Shown one piece after another: positions 30,402-40,782 of a DNA stretch of 64,000 bases; the first letter of the stretch is position 1; each line of letters begins with the position of its first letter. The notes under the pieces are model-generated. The model saw only the letters and a program-made list of their open reading frames with translations. It ran no database searches and was not told where the DNA came from. A program made the position numbers and the translations under genes. Location of the stretch: NCBI GenBank assembly GCA_963674945.2, contig CAXXWQ010000002.1, positions 630,308 to 694,307 of the forward strand, in the 5' to 3' direction. Source of the stretch: an uncultured Desulfosarcina sp. (GTDB taxonomy: Bacteria; Desulfobacterota; Desulfobacteria; Desulfobacterales; Desulfosarcinaceae).

Positions 30402-32597
30402 ATGAAAAAAAATTATGAAAATATAAAATTGGGGGCGATGGTGCTAGGGAATGGACCATCGCTTCGTAATTTTGACTTTAATCGGCTTTGCCGTTTCGAT
30501 GTTTTCGGTATGAACGCTGCCTACAGGTACTGGTACGAAATTAATTGGTTCCCTCAATACTATTCATGCCTGGACCTTGTTTTGGGGATTTCCCACAAAG
30601 AGTCGATTGCTGATATGATTATAAACTCAGAACGGATAGGTATTAGAGCCTTTTTATTGAGACAGAATCTTATCCATGAACTGGAAGATGCCGGTACCTA
30701 TGAGAATGTTTTTAATTTTGATGTACTTCGGCCCGGATTCGACAAATGGATTCCTGATCCGGTAACCACGGGTAGTCACACCTGTGCCTGGGCTTCCATT
30801 TTAGGATATAGGGATATTTACCTCCTTGGTGTAGACTGTAACTACGTAGAGATCGTGGATAACGCAGAACATTTAGATGGAACTGTACTGCAAATTACTT
30901 CAGACGCTCCGAACCCGAATTACTTTTTTGATTCTTATCAACAAAAAGGAGATAAATATAATATACCAAACACCAGGAAGGATCTTCATTTAGAAAGTTG
31001 GCGGAATGTTGGAAAAAGAATTGAGGTAAAATCAAGGGTTTTGAATGCGAATTGGGAGTCGAAAGTTGACGCGTTTCCCTTTGTCTTTTTTGAAGATGTC
31101 GAAAAGGGAGGAAGAATACCTGTTTATTCTCAAGAGAAAGTGATTGATAGCAACAGGCTGCCTGAAGAATTCGATCACGTTTTCGTACCATCAAGGGTAA
31201 CTGACAAAGAGAATACGACCTCGGCCTATAAATCGGTGAAGACGGAAAATCGGTTGATAGAGGACAGAAATCTCATAATAAAGAAAGGATCAATTATATC
31301 ATACGATTCGGAACTAACCGATATGACGCTTACCGAAAAACATGCTTTCAGGCAGGCAAATAAAATATTGTTTGAAGTCGATGGGGCCACATATCTTGGT
31401 TTCCCTTGGACAATGCTGATTGAAAAACGGAAAAGAAATGAACATCTTTCAGATTTTCAAAAAGAAATTGTTCAAAAATTAAAGGCGTATCTGATAGACA
31501 AAAAGTATGTTGTCACAGTTTGTGAACATCCTGATATGCTGAATTATCAAAAATTATTTATCGAAATCGGTGTTACACATGTATTTTGGACTCATGCAGG
31601 TAAGGGGAAAGATTGTTTTCCTGATAGAGAAAAAATAACAATCTATCCATTTCCCATGCTTCCCCTGCAAACAGCTTTCCAACCTCTTTATGCTGATGAA
31701 AGTAATGAATACTTGTACTCGTTCGTTGAATCAAAAGGCAACAACAAGGTTCTAAAGAAAATAAAAAAGATGATTCTTGATGATCTTACGAATAAGAAAG
31801 GAAGCTATGTAGTCCCGCGTTTAAAGTGGGATTTTGAGGAAGTTCTCTTTTGCAATAAAACGAACCCAAAGGGAGAAAAACTAAATATACTGATAGACCG
31901 TTCTGATCAATTTGAAATGGGAGACATTTTAAAAAGAAGCATTTTTTCAATATGTCCGATCAGTTCTGGTCATTATTTAGAAAGGTTGTGGAAATCCATC
32001 AGTAATGGTTCAATACCGGTTGTTATTTCAGATAATTATCATCCTCCTGGAGTAAAAACTCTTTGGGAAGCGGCAACGGTTTCATGCCCTGAACGAAAAG
32101 AAGATATCCTGGCTCTGCCCGAAAAACTTAAAGCTATCGCTGATGACGAAGAACTTCTAAATAGGAAAAGAAACGCCCTACGACTATTATGTTTGAAATA
32201 CGGCCCTTCCTTTTTTATTTATGATATTCAGAAATTGTTTTTTTCTTTCGCGAAAGAATTTTTCGACCCAAAATCGAATCAACCGTATTTTTCTTATTTA
32301 TGGATACACCGGATGGCTGATAAGATAAATCAGGAAAAAAATCCTGAATGCTCAATGGCCAATGTATTCATTCTCGGGTGTATAAGTCGGTTGATGTCCA
32401 ATCCCTTAGAGTTTGTCTCGAGTTTTAAACAAAAAGAGACGTTTCGTATTGCAGTTAAGCAAGCCATTACTATTTGTAATCACGAATATGCTGCGTATAT
32501 GTACAGAGCAATCAAATTGAAAAATATAGTTTTAGAATTTGATCAACTTGATTCGTCTCCTGAAAAAGAGATCGCCTCCCAGGGGAACAAGCAATAA
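30402..32597 (+). CDS. Maf/DUF115-like domain fused to an exostosin (GT47)-like domain
   Basis: VLGNGPSL..FGMN..IYLLGVD; later SIFSICP..RLWKSISNGSIPVVISD. Confidence 0.7.
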   Translation: MKKNYENIKLGAMVLGNGPSLRNFDFNRLCRFDVFGMNAAYRYWYEINWFPQYYSCLDLVLGISHKESIADMIINSERIGIRAFLLRQNLIHELEDAGTYENVFNFDVLRPGFDKWIPDPVTTGSHTCAWASILGYRDIYLLGVDCNYVEIVDNAEHLDGTVLQITSDAPNPNYFFDSYQQKGDKYNIPNTRKDLHLESWRNVGKRIEVKSRVLNANWESKVDAFPFVFFEDVEKGGRIPVYSQEKVIDSNRLPEEFDHVFVPSRVTDKENTTSAYKSVKTENRLIEDRNLIIKKGSIISYDSELTDMTLTEKHAFRQANKILFEVDGATYLGFPWTMLIEKRKRNEHLSDFQKEIVQKLKAYLIDKKYVVTVCEHPDMLNYQKLFIEIGVTHVFWTHAGKGKDCFPDREKITIYPFPMLPLQTAFQPLYADESNEYLYSFVESKGNNKVLKKIKKMILDDLTNKKGSYVVPRLKWDFEEVLFCNKTNPKGEKLNILIDRSDQFEMGDILKRSIFSICPISSGHYLERLWKSISNGSIPVVISDNYHPPGVKTLWEAATVSCPERKEDILALPEKLKAIADDEELLNRKRNALRLLCLKYGPSFFIYDIQKLFFSFAKEFFDPKSNQPYFSYLWIHRMADKINQEKNPECSMANVFILGCISRLMSNPLEFVSSFKQKETFRIAVKQAITICNHEYAAYMYRAIKLKNIVLEFDQLDSSPEKEIASQGNKQ

Positions 32598-32705
32598 TCC
32601 ATTTTGCTGGATATAACTCTTCATTTTATATTGCCACCCATAGATGTTCCGGAAAGTGTCAAACCAATTTCTTTCTATTAATGAAATAAGCTGTTGTGCA
32701 GAATA

Positions 32706-33065
32706 TTATTCTGCTACGTCTATCCTGTAGGCCTTTGGTATTTCACCGCCATAACCGGACGCACATCCATTTACACCAAAACCAACTGTTTTTCCTTCAA
32801 CGTAGGCCGTTAGGGCCAAAGCAAAGAAGGCTTTCATATTAGGATCCGTACTCCAGTCGAGGTGTACCGCACTACTTGCCAAAGGGCCACTGCAACCATT
32901 ACCATCGGCGCTCGCTGGTGAATATATTAACGTTGCCCCATTTGCATACGAATGGATCTCCGTTATAATTTTTTCTGTGGGAATTTGTATTGTCCCTGCC
33001 ATAACCGTCGAAGACAAAAAAGTTACAGCCAATAAAACAAAAAACAACAAAATCATTTTTTTCAT
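32706..33065 (-). CDS. Small secreted hypothetical protein
   Basis: Signal peptide MKKMILLFFVLLAVTFLSSTVMA; two Cys residues; upstream AAGGGGA RBS. Confidence 0.7.
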   Translation of the reverse strand: MKKMILLFFVLLAVTFLSSTVMAGTIQIPTEKIITEIHSYANGATLIYSPASADGNGCSGPLASSAVHLDWSTDPNMKAFFALALTAYVEGKTVGFGVNGCASGYGGEIPKAYRIDVAE

Positions 33066-33236
33066 CGTTCAATTCCCTTCGTCTCGTAGTAGTAATTGTT
33101 AAGGTTTGGTTCCTCACAAACCTTCAGCTTCTTCAAAGATCGGTGTTAGTCTCATCCGCGTCAGAATAAAGCTGATTATCTTATTGCACGAGAGTAAGCC
33201 CAAAAAGGCATAATCTAAACCCATAACCGTTACAAA

Positions 33237-33263
33237 TGTTGCGGTCAAGTAAAAACTGGACAC
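33237..33263. mobile_element. Possible orphan IS3-like terminal repeat
   Basis: TGTTGCGGTCAAGTAAAAACTGGACAC has the TG...GGACAC look of IS3-family ends; no partner end or transposase was seen. Confidence 0.3.
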
Positions 33264-33293
33264 CGAATTAAGCATAATTTTGAATATTTTTAT

Positions 33294-34341
33294 CTGGGGT
33301 ATGCACTTAAATCCAGCACATACTATATGTTGTGGCCCAGGTCATCGTCAATTGGATCGAGATTTAAATTTGCTGCCCCTTCCAAAAACGGTAACGATGC
33401 ACCTTTAAGAGTACTAGCTGGGGCAGGGTCCACCATCACGGCCTGTTGGACCAGCCTGTAAAATAGTTTTCCGCGAGACACTGATGTTCTACGGTTGAAC
33501 CTGAATGTGAATTCATCCAAATAGTACATCAAATGAGACGGTCTGACCGCCCCTTGATAAGTACCAAGTAACCATCGTTTCATGAGCGACGCTACCAAAT
33601 GTACAATCTTCAAGTCATGCGATGGAATCGCAATATGCTTAAATCCTTTATCGCCAAGGCTGCTATAGCCGGGCCAATCATCCGTCCTGATGGTGCTGCC
33701 TGGCTGGGCGATTTCTTGTACAAATTGAGTCAGACTATCTCCCGATGCGTCTTCGAGGTGCCAGAGTCTAATTCGCCCAATTCCTTTTCGGCCTTTATCC
33801 TCCACGGCAATACCGACCAAAGCTTTACCTTCAGCACCCCGACCGCGTTTTCCAGACTTTTTCCCACCGACATAGGTTTCATCAACTTCAACAATCCCGG
33901 ACAATCGGTCACGTCCTGGACGAACCATTGCTCTTCGAAGTTTATGGAGCCATTGCCAGGCGGTATTATAACTCCCAAGGTTAAGTACTCTCTGAAGCCC
34001 AAGTGCATTAGCTCCGTACTTCTGACCTGTAATGTGCCACATAGCCCGAAACCAAAGAGACAAGGGCTTTCTGGTGCCGTGAAAAATTGTACCGGAAGTT
34101 ATCGTAGATTGATTTCCACAATCAGTACAATGAAACTGGGATCGTTTAGTTCTCCACGAGGATGCAGAACCGCAATGAGGGCAACGGAAGCCTTCGGGCC
34201 ATCTAAGAGCCATCAAATAGTCAGTGCATCCAGCTTCAGAGCTAAATCGTTTTTCAAATTCTATCAACGTTCTGGGGTAATCTTCCTCCATAGACTGGTA
34301 CACTATATGTTGTGGCCACTGGAGTCAAGTGCATACCCCAG
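33294..34341 (-). mobile_element. IS1595-family insertion sequence, apparently complete
   Basis: 24-bp imperfect TIR CTGGGGTATGCACTT(A/G)A(A/C)TCCAG. TATTTTTAT at 33285-33293 and 34343-34351 is the probable target duplication. Confidence 0.9.
33323..34303 (-). CDS. IS1595-family DDE transposase
   Basis: Zn ribbon CPHC..CTDC, VEVDETYVGG, TDDWPGY, YLDEFTFRFNRR. Confidence 0.93.
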   Translation of the reverse strand: MYQSMEEDYPRTLIEFEKRFSSEAGCTDYLMALRWPEGFRCPHCGSASSWRTKRSQFHCTDCGNQSTITSGTIFHGTRKPLSLWFRAMWHITGQKYGANALGLQRVLNLGSYNTAWQWLHKLRRAMVRPGRDRLSGIVEVDETYVGGKKSGKRGRGAEGKALVGIAVEDKGRKGIGRIRLWHLEDASGDSLTQFVQEIAQPGSTIRTDDWPGYSSLGDKGFKHIAIPSHDLKIVHLVASLMKRWLLGTYQGAVRPSHLMYYLDEFTFRFNRRTSVSRGKLFYRLVQQAVMVDPAPASTLKGASLPFLEGAANLNLDPIDDDLGHNI

Positions 34342-34671
34342 TTATTTTTATATGCATTTCCCGAAACTGGCGAGTGGCTTACAGCATATTTCTGTAAATA
34401 TTCTGAAATAGCCTCTTGCCTTGGTTGCTCATCTTTCATTCCATTGGAAATTTCATGTCGATAAAATGTGCATCCAATCCTGCAAGGTTCCAAATATATT
34501 CATTATCGGCAGACAGCGATTCAATCTTAATAATCAACCTGGCCTCTGCCGGGTTCATGTGCTTCAGTATCGCACATATTGCCGAAGTGAAGAAGTCTGT
34601 CTATCGATAACTTTTTAAAGAACCTTTTCATTTTGCTCAGATCCAAGTCCTGCGGCATGGGCTAAGGGTAG

Positions 34672-36039
34672 CTAACTGCCGTCATCTTTGAATGTATTGC
34701 CATGCAAGGACTTTTTCGATACAACAAGCATCCCCCAAGGTGTGAGCGCCGGAACTTCAACGAGTCGCCAGTCTCCTTGGACAGTGATCGGTAAGACGGT
34801 CGTTTGTGATAGGTTAGCGTAGCCTTTTTTTTCCTCCGCTTCCGCATGCAGCTTCGCATCGTAAGGAACAGGCGACTTCAGTGATACCGAAATTTCACCG
34901 GTTTCAAAGAATGCCGGCACATTGAGTCGAATCCGCAGAGGACGCGGCTCGCCCCATTCAATTAAATGGATGATGACGGCAGCATCGCGATTTCCCGGTT
35001 TTGCACGGATAAAAGCGCTCGTTCGTTCGGCCTTCTCCAGTTCTAGTATCGGACTCGTTGCCCAACGGGAATCCGCCAATCGATATCCGACAGCGGCAGC
35101 GTCTTCATAGCCATCAAAAAAAGCCCCATTTGCCCGAACAAAGCCGTAAAGGTCCGCCAAATCCCTGGGCCGGCTGAAAACACGTGGTTCATTGACTCCC
35201 GCATATTGGTCCCAGGGTACGATAAAATGCATGCCTGTGGCATAGCATCCGGCTATGGCCAACCGATAAGTCTTCAGACCTAAATTTTGATTAGATGTGT
35301 AAACCAAAGACTTACCAAATCGACTTGCACCTTTGGATACGTTCCAGAAGAAATCCGGTTTAACCTTGTCCCTTCCCATTTCGGTCATCCCGAAGTCAAA
35401 AAGTATCGCGACATGCCTGCCCTTTCCACCGAAAACGGACCCGTTCCACATGAGATTGCAGGATAGCGGCACATGTCGGCCCGTTTGTTTTTCAAAACTT
35501 GCATGGATCTCTCGAAAAAAACGCACCGCGTCCGGAATCGAGGTCCGCTTGCATGTCGTCGGCTCGTCTCTCTGGATGCTGTCGGCGCCGACCTTTACCC
35601 ACTCTACCATCTGTTGCAGGTACCACTGGCGGTATGATATGTTGCCGTTGTCGGCCCAGTAGCGCCCGTCCTTTTGAAAATGATCCAACGTTGGTTGGTC
35701 ATTCTCGTCCCTCTTGGCATGTTCGGGATTCGGCGTCGTGGCGTTCATTGTTCCCTGAAAAGTCCAGCCGAGGTCATGGATCATCTTGATGTACCCGGGA
35801 TCTTTAATGTAGGACCAGTCTGCCCGCGTAATATGAAATGCCTTGGCCGCTGCCAGCTCCGCCTGATCCTTTTTCTTTACGAATAATCGCATCGACACGT
35901 CGCTTGGACGAGGCGCTCCTTCTGGCCGTTTTGCATGTTTGGCAACTTCAGATACGGTAGCACCGAGGCACACATTCATTGTCATGAATGCTAATGCAAA
36001 GATCGCAAGCCCGATCCTGATAATTCTTTTCCAGGGCAT
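34672..36039 (-). CDS. Secreted hypothetical protein, possibly a glycoside-hydrolase-like barrel
   Basis: N-terminal signal/TM segment; WVKVGADSIQRDE resembles a GH barrel strand. Function not assignable. Confidence 0.6.
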   Translation of the reverse strand: MPWKRIIRIGLAIFALAFMTMNVCLGATVSEVAKHAKRPEGAPRPSDVSMRLFVKKKDQAELAAAKAFHITRADWSYIKDPGYIKMIHDLGWTFQGTMNATTPNPEHAKRDENDQPTLDHFQKDGRYWADNGNISYRQWYLQQMVEWVKVGADSIQRDEPTTCKRTSIPDAVRFFREIHASFEKQTGRHVPLSCNLMWNGSVFGGKGRHVAILFDFGMTEMGRDKVKPDFFWNVSKGASRFGKSLVYTSNQNLGLKTYRLAIAGCYATGMHFIVPWDQYAGVNEPRVFSRPRDLADLYGFVRANGAFFDGYEDAAAVGYRLADSRWATSPILELEKAERTSAFIRAKPGNRDAAVIIHLIEWGEPRPLRIRLNVPAFFETGEISVSLKSPVPYDAKLHAEAEEKKGYANLSQTTVLPITVQGDWRLVEVPALTPWGMLVVSKKSLHGNTFKDDGS

Positions 36040-36095
36040 TTTAACGAAATCTCTTTCTATTCGTCGAACCGGTTATTATGCCATTTCACATTCTA

Positions 36096-36776
36096 TCAGG
36101 AATCGTTATCCAGAAGCAATTGCCTTAGAATCATAGGGAAACTGACAGATGAAATCATTGTCGGATCACTTTCCCCCTCGTCAGCCCTTCCATTGAAATT
36201 AAGGTCTTCATCGCCATCGGATATGAAATCCCCATCTGTATCCCAATTGGTTGGCGATGTCGTGGTTGTCGGGTCTTCGTCCGGAACGAACCACTCAATA
36301 TCCGTTTCCGGTCCGATATCCGCCAGGGTCAGTCCAATTTCCGTTCCATCCTGGATACCGTCGTCATCAGTGTCCGGGTTGTAGGGGTCGGTTCCATAAA
36401 TATCGGTTTCATCATTATCCGTAATGCCATCATTATCGCTGTCCTTCGCATCCGCTATAATTGCATTGACTTCATCCGAGTCTTCGCTTTCCAGATTATC
36501 GATGAAGGCGCGTACCACAAAATAGTGGGTAACCTCTGTTTCCAAATTTTTTATGTCAGCGCTTTCATCACTCCCGGTCCATATCGGTTGTGTATAGTCG
36601 TACGTTTGGCCTTCCATCCGATGATAGATGCGGTACCCCTCGGGTGCCGGATCAGCTTGTTGCCAACTGATAACAAGATGTCCGGCATGTATGAATCCGG
36701 CAGTGGCAAAGTGGCATAATAGAAACGTTACTGTGAATAGAAATATTCTTTTTTTGATGGGCATCCCTTTTGTCAT
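36096..36776 (-). CDS. Secreted protein with a fibronectin type III domain and Asp-rich Ca-binding (DxDxDG) repeats
   Basis: ISWQ..GYRIY..HYFVVRAF..ES; DSDNDG, DTDDDG, DTDGD. Confidence 0.78.
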   Translation of the reverse strand: MTKGMPIKKRIFLFTVTFLLCHFATAGFIHAGHLVISWQQADPAPEGYRIYHRMEGQTYDYTQPIWTGSDESADIKNLETEVTHYFVVRAFIDNLESEDSDEVNAIIADAKDSDNDGITDNDETDIYGTDPYNPDTDDDGIQDGTEIGLTLADIGPETDIEWFVPDEDPTTTTSPTNWDTDGDFISDGDEDLNFNGRADEGESDPTMISSVSFPMILRQLLLDNDS

Positions 36777-36989
36777 GCTTGTTTCCTCTGTGGTTTCTGA
36801 TGACAATCGATAACCCGCAGAGGTCTTTGCCGCTTGTGATCGATAGCCATTTTGCCGGTATATCAGTTGCGTATGGATCCTGCTCCGTTCCGTTGGCATA
36901 GCTATTTGATGTAAGAGGTTTCCAGTGGACTTCAGACAAATTTTTTTCTGGGATTTATGTTCGTGCTGCTGCATTGGTAGTGTAAAGGA

Positions 36990-37006
36990 AGCAATTTAGA
37001 TGCCAA
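36990..37006 (-). promoter_or_regulatory. Sigma-54 (-24/-12) promoter for the Fn3 gene
   Basis: Minus strand TTGGCATCTAAATTGCT gives GG-N10-GC. Confidence 0.65.
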
Positions 37007-37222
37007 AAAATTGCAATGGTCAGCATTTGTTTCTATCCTGCTAAAACAACAGGACTTATGCATTCCTTGATATCAATTGACAGGGGGTGATAGGCAAATA
37101 ATAAAACGATTTATGCAAGAATGGTAATTGGGGCGGCTTATAAAAGTTCGTTTTTTTCACTCGTACCTTGGTTGATGCATGGCTTGGTGTCAATGGGTAG
37201 GTGTCAAAATTCTGACCATAGA

Positions 37223-37262
37223 AACATTTTTTCGCCACAGACACACACGGACGCACACAGAC
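37223..37262 (+). repeat. Family B repeat, short copy; 40-bp perfect match to 41200-41239
   Basis: AACATTTTTTCGCCACAGACACACACGGACGCACACAGAC. Confidence 0.88.
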
Positions 37263-37460
37263 AAGAGTACTCTTTCAATCCAAATAGCATTTCAAAGCTG
37301 TTTCACTTTGTATTAAGAGTAAAAAAAGTAAAAAAAGGGACAGGTACTTAATACTTTAGTATTGACACCTATGGAAATTTGAAATAATTTGTAATTGTTA
37401 CATGGATACCGTCTAAATTATTAGGAAAAAAGTTGTTCGTAAACTTAACACAACCTTTAA

Positions 37461-37916
37461 ATGCCTAAGATGATACGAGAAAATAAAAAGCTACCAGATG
37501 GCACGAAAGAAAAGATTCCGGAGCTTATCAGGTCTATAAAACGTGACAAGGAGGTTATTGCGCTCTATTCGTTCGGGAGTTTGGCAAAGGATGCACTAAG
37601 GCCAATGAGCGATCTTGATTTCGGTGTACTATTGAACAATAAAATTACGAAAAAACAAAGTATTGAAAAGCACATTGAGTTAATTGGATTGTTCACGGAG
37701 TTATTTAAAACAGAAGAGATTGACTTGATCCTTATGAACCAATCGCCAAGTCACATTGCTTTTCAGATAATTAAAACTGGAAATCTTCTGTTTTGTGGTG
37801 ATCGGCGGTCGCTCGTAGATTTCATAGAAAGAGTAATTGGATTGTACCTGGATTTTAAACCTTTAAGAGAGGAGTTCGATTCAACTTTCATGGAAGGGAT
37901 AGGCTACTATGGATGA
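37461..37916 (+). CDS. Minimal nucleotidyltransferase antitoxin (MntA-like)
   Basis: YSFGS..SDLDFGVL..IDLI. Confidence 0.85.
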   Translation: MPKMIRENKKLPDGTKEKIPELIRSIKRDKEVIALYSFGSLAKDALRPMSDLDFGVLLNNKITKKQSIEKHIELIGLFTELFKTEEIDLILMNQSPSHIAFQIIKTGNLLFCGDRRSLVDFIERVIGLYLDFKPLREEFDSTFMEGIGYYG

Positions 37917-38355
37917 CCGAATCAAGGAGCATCTGAAGCACCTGAACAAATACTATTTGCTCTTATTGGAGTCCAGAAAAATACCATATGATCAATTCAT
38001 GGTTAACCCCCTGCATCAGGGAAGCACCGAACGATTCCTTCAATTAGCCATTGAAAGCTGTATCAACATAGGAAATCGGTTGATCTCCTTATATCAATTT
38101 ACGAAGCCGGTTACGACACCGAATACGTACGCGGATATATTCAAAGAAATTGGAAAGTTGGGGGTCGTGGACAAAGAATTTTTGCAACGACTGATCAAGA
38201 TGGCAAGATTTCGTAACAGGTTGGTACACTTATATTGGGAAGTAGATATTGAAACGATCTATGACATTCTTCAGAATAACCTCGATGACTTCAAGCGGTT
38301 TCAAAAAGATGTGGTTGGTTTTTTAAAAGAAAATCCACTTCCTTTAAATGAATGA
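37909..38355 (+). CDS. HEPN/DUF86 ribonuclease toxin (HepT-like)
   Basis: ERFLQLAIE; FRNRLVHLY (RX4H); overlaps the MNT gene. Confidence 0.87.
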   Translation: MDDRIKEHLKHLNKYYLLLLESRKIPYDQFMVNPLHQGSTERFLQLAIESCINIGNRLISLYQFTKPVTTPNTYADIFKEIGKLGVVDKEFLQRLIKMARFRNRLVHLYWEVDIETIYDILQNNLDDFKRFQKDVVGFLKENPLPLNE

Positions 38356-38377
38356 AACATCTTCTATCGAGGTGATC

Positions 38378-39322
38378 ATGCCACGTATCTCAAGGATGAT
38401 CATTACAGAGCAACCAACCGTCTACCATGTAATGTCCAGAACAGCACTAGACGGTTTTCCGCTACATGATTTCGAAAAAGATCATTTGGTAAACTTGATC
38501 AAGCGGATGGGCAGTCTCTTTTTCACCGAAATGTATGGGTATTGCATCATGGGGAATCATTTCCATCTCTTAGTGAAGATGATTCCTGAGCATCATTTCA
38601 CCGACGAAGAAGTAAACGATCGTTTGATCAGATTCTACGGGGAGAAGAGGGCTCCAATGGGTGAGGGGCAGTTGCCAATCATGCGTCAAAAGTTGGAAAG
38701 CTTGTCGGAGTTTGTACGGGAAATAAAAGTCAATTTTACGCGTTTTTACAACAAACGCCATGGACGGAAAGGGTATTTCTGGGGAGATCGATTTAAGAGC
38801 GTGATCGTTGAAAAAGGAGAGACGCTGATCAATTGTCAAGCTTACATCGATCTTAATCCAATTAGAGCCGGTATCGTAGAAAAACCCGAAGATTATCGCT
38901 GGTGTTCGCTGGGCTATCATATTCAGACCAATAACAAGGATGGATTTTTATCCACAGATTTTGGATTGAAGGAATTCAACGTAAGAAGGGAAAAAGAAAG
39001 AGTTCGGCGTTACCGGAAATATGTCCATGAAGCCGGTGCGATTCAGTCGGGAGACAAAACTTACGCAAAAACGATAAGCGAAAAGATCATTGAAAAGGAA
39101 CGAAGGAAGGATTTCGAAATCACGCGTACAGATAGATTCATTTACCGTACGAGGTATTTTACAGATTCAGGAATTATCGGTTCGCGGGAGTTTGTATCGG
39201 TTAATTATAAGAAGTTTAAGCACTTGTTTCTATCAAAGCACGAGAAAAAACCGAAGCCGGTGAAGGGACTTGCTGGGGTATTTTCGTTAAAACGTTTTTC
39301 TGAAAATGTTAATTTTCTTTGA
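38378..39322 (+). CDS. HUH (Y1) transposase, RAYT/IS200-like
   Basis: YHVMSR, YCIMGNHFHLL (HUH), WGDRFKS, YIDLNPIRAG, DYRWCS; RBS GAGGTG. Confidence 0.87.
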   Translation: MPRISRMIITEQPTVYHVMSRTALDGFPLHDFEKDHLVNLIKRMGSLFFTEMYGYCIMGNHFHLLVKMIPEHHFTDEEVNDRLIRFYGEKRAPMGEGQLPIMRQKLESLSEFVREIKVNFTRFYNKRHGRKGYFWGDRFKSVIVEKGETLINCQAYIDLNPIRAGIVEKPEDYRWCSLGYHIQTNNKDGFLSTDFGLKEFNVRREKERVRRYRKYVHEAGAIQSGDKTYAKTISEKIIEKERRKDFEITRTDRFIYRTRYFTDSGIIGSREFVSVNYKKFKHLFLSKHEKKPKPVKGLAGVFSLKRFSENVNFL

Positions 39323-39558
39323 GTCGAATTGACAACAGAGGGCAAAGATAGGGAAAATTCCAAATTACAATCACGCTTGTTAGCCAGTAATTTTAGTTCT
39401 TCAATCATTGATTCCGGAAGGCGGATGGAAATTTTTACGCGTCGAAGGTTTTGTCGCGTTTTACAATGATTGGCTTATTGAAAAAGATTTGTTCACATTC
39501 AAAGGTTGACACATCGTGCCGTTCCCAATTTTGGGTAATATTTCCTTTGATCAGAAGA

Positions 39559-40550
39559 CTAAATAAATTGGTCATTCCATAGATCGGAGAGAAAATTTTT
39601 CCAGTGCATCGTCTTGATACCATCGGTCACAGTGCTAATCGGATCCTGGCTAACCAGTATGAAGTTTTCAAAAACATTTTCTTCATTCAGGTACTTCAAA
39701 CCCTTGAAGTCACGTGTGCTTACTTTTTTTGATGCTTTTACCTCAATGGCGCTTTTGGTGCCCACCAAGAAGTCGACTTCGTGGCCGGTTTTGGATCTCC
39801 AATAAGTTAAAGGGAGTTTCTTTCGCTTGTAACTCAAGTAAGCCCGCAACTCCATAAAGATGAATTGCTTAAAACTTTTTCCATATAAATTTGAGTTACG
39901 CTCCAGCGTTTCCGTACCGGCCAAAATGTGGGTGATACCGGGATCGAAGAAATAAAATTTTCCTGTTTTTATTGCTTTGCGCTTTTTGGATTCGGTCCAG
40001 GCTGGAAGGAGAAAACCCACCAGTGTATCCTCCAGAAGCGACACATATTCCGTTACAGTTGACGGCGGTACCTGGCAATCATTTGCGAGTTTGGAGAAAT
40101 TGATCATTTCACCATTAGCCAGGGCGATGGTTTTTAAAAAGCGTGAGAAGGGCGGAAGGCGCCTGATCAATCCCTCCGCCATTATTTCTTCCGTAAGATA
40201 AGTATTCACATAGGCATCAAGCTCTTCTTCGGGATACTTGCTTAAATACACGGCGGGTAATCCGCCATATCGAAGGTAGCGGTCCAGTGAAAAATCTTTG
40301 ATTTCCCGATGAATCAAAGGAAACATCCCGGCGCTCCAGATGCGGCCGGCAAGCAGATTCGCCTTTCCTCTGCGCAATTTTCTTGCACTGGATCCGGTGA
40401 GGAGGAAGGTATGGTTGCTTGATTCGATCAATCTATGGATTTCATTAAGAAGATCCGGAACACGCTGGATCTCGTCAATTACGATGATGTTGGCCGGATT
40501 GGCTTTGATTAGCGACTCCAGCTCATGTGGAGAGCTTGATAGCTTCAAGT
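39559..40550 (-). pseudogene. 5'-truncated AAA_14/DUF4143 ATPase
   Basis: Paralogous to 4243-5424 from IVIDEIQ onward, but the Walker A region is absent. Confidence 0.75.
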
Positions 40551-40782
40551 TGTGGATTATCAGGATAATTAGCAATATAATTGTTGTCTGTTAGAGTTAC
40601 AAGAAGAAAAAGCAACATTCGGTTTTTAGACAAAAGATAAAGGGGACGAAGAAGGGGACGTTATGTATTTCTTATGGTAAAGAATTTTTATTATCTGTGA
40701 TTTCAAATTGTTAAAAATCCACAGAGAACCCAGAGCCCACAGAGATGGGGGAAATTACAAAAAAGTATTTAGGAGATGGAAT

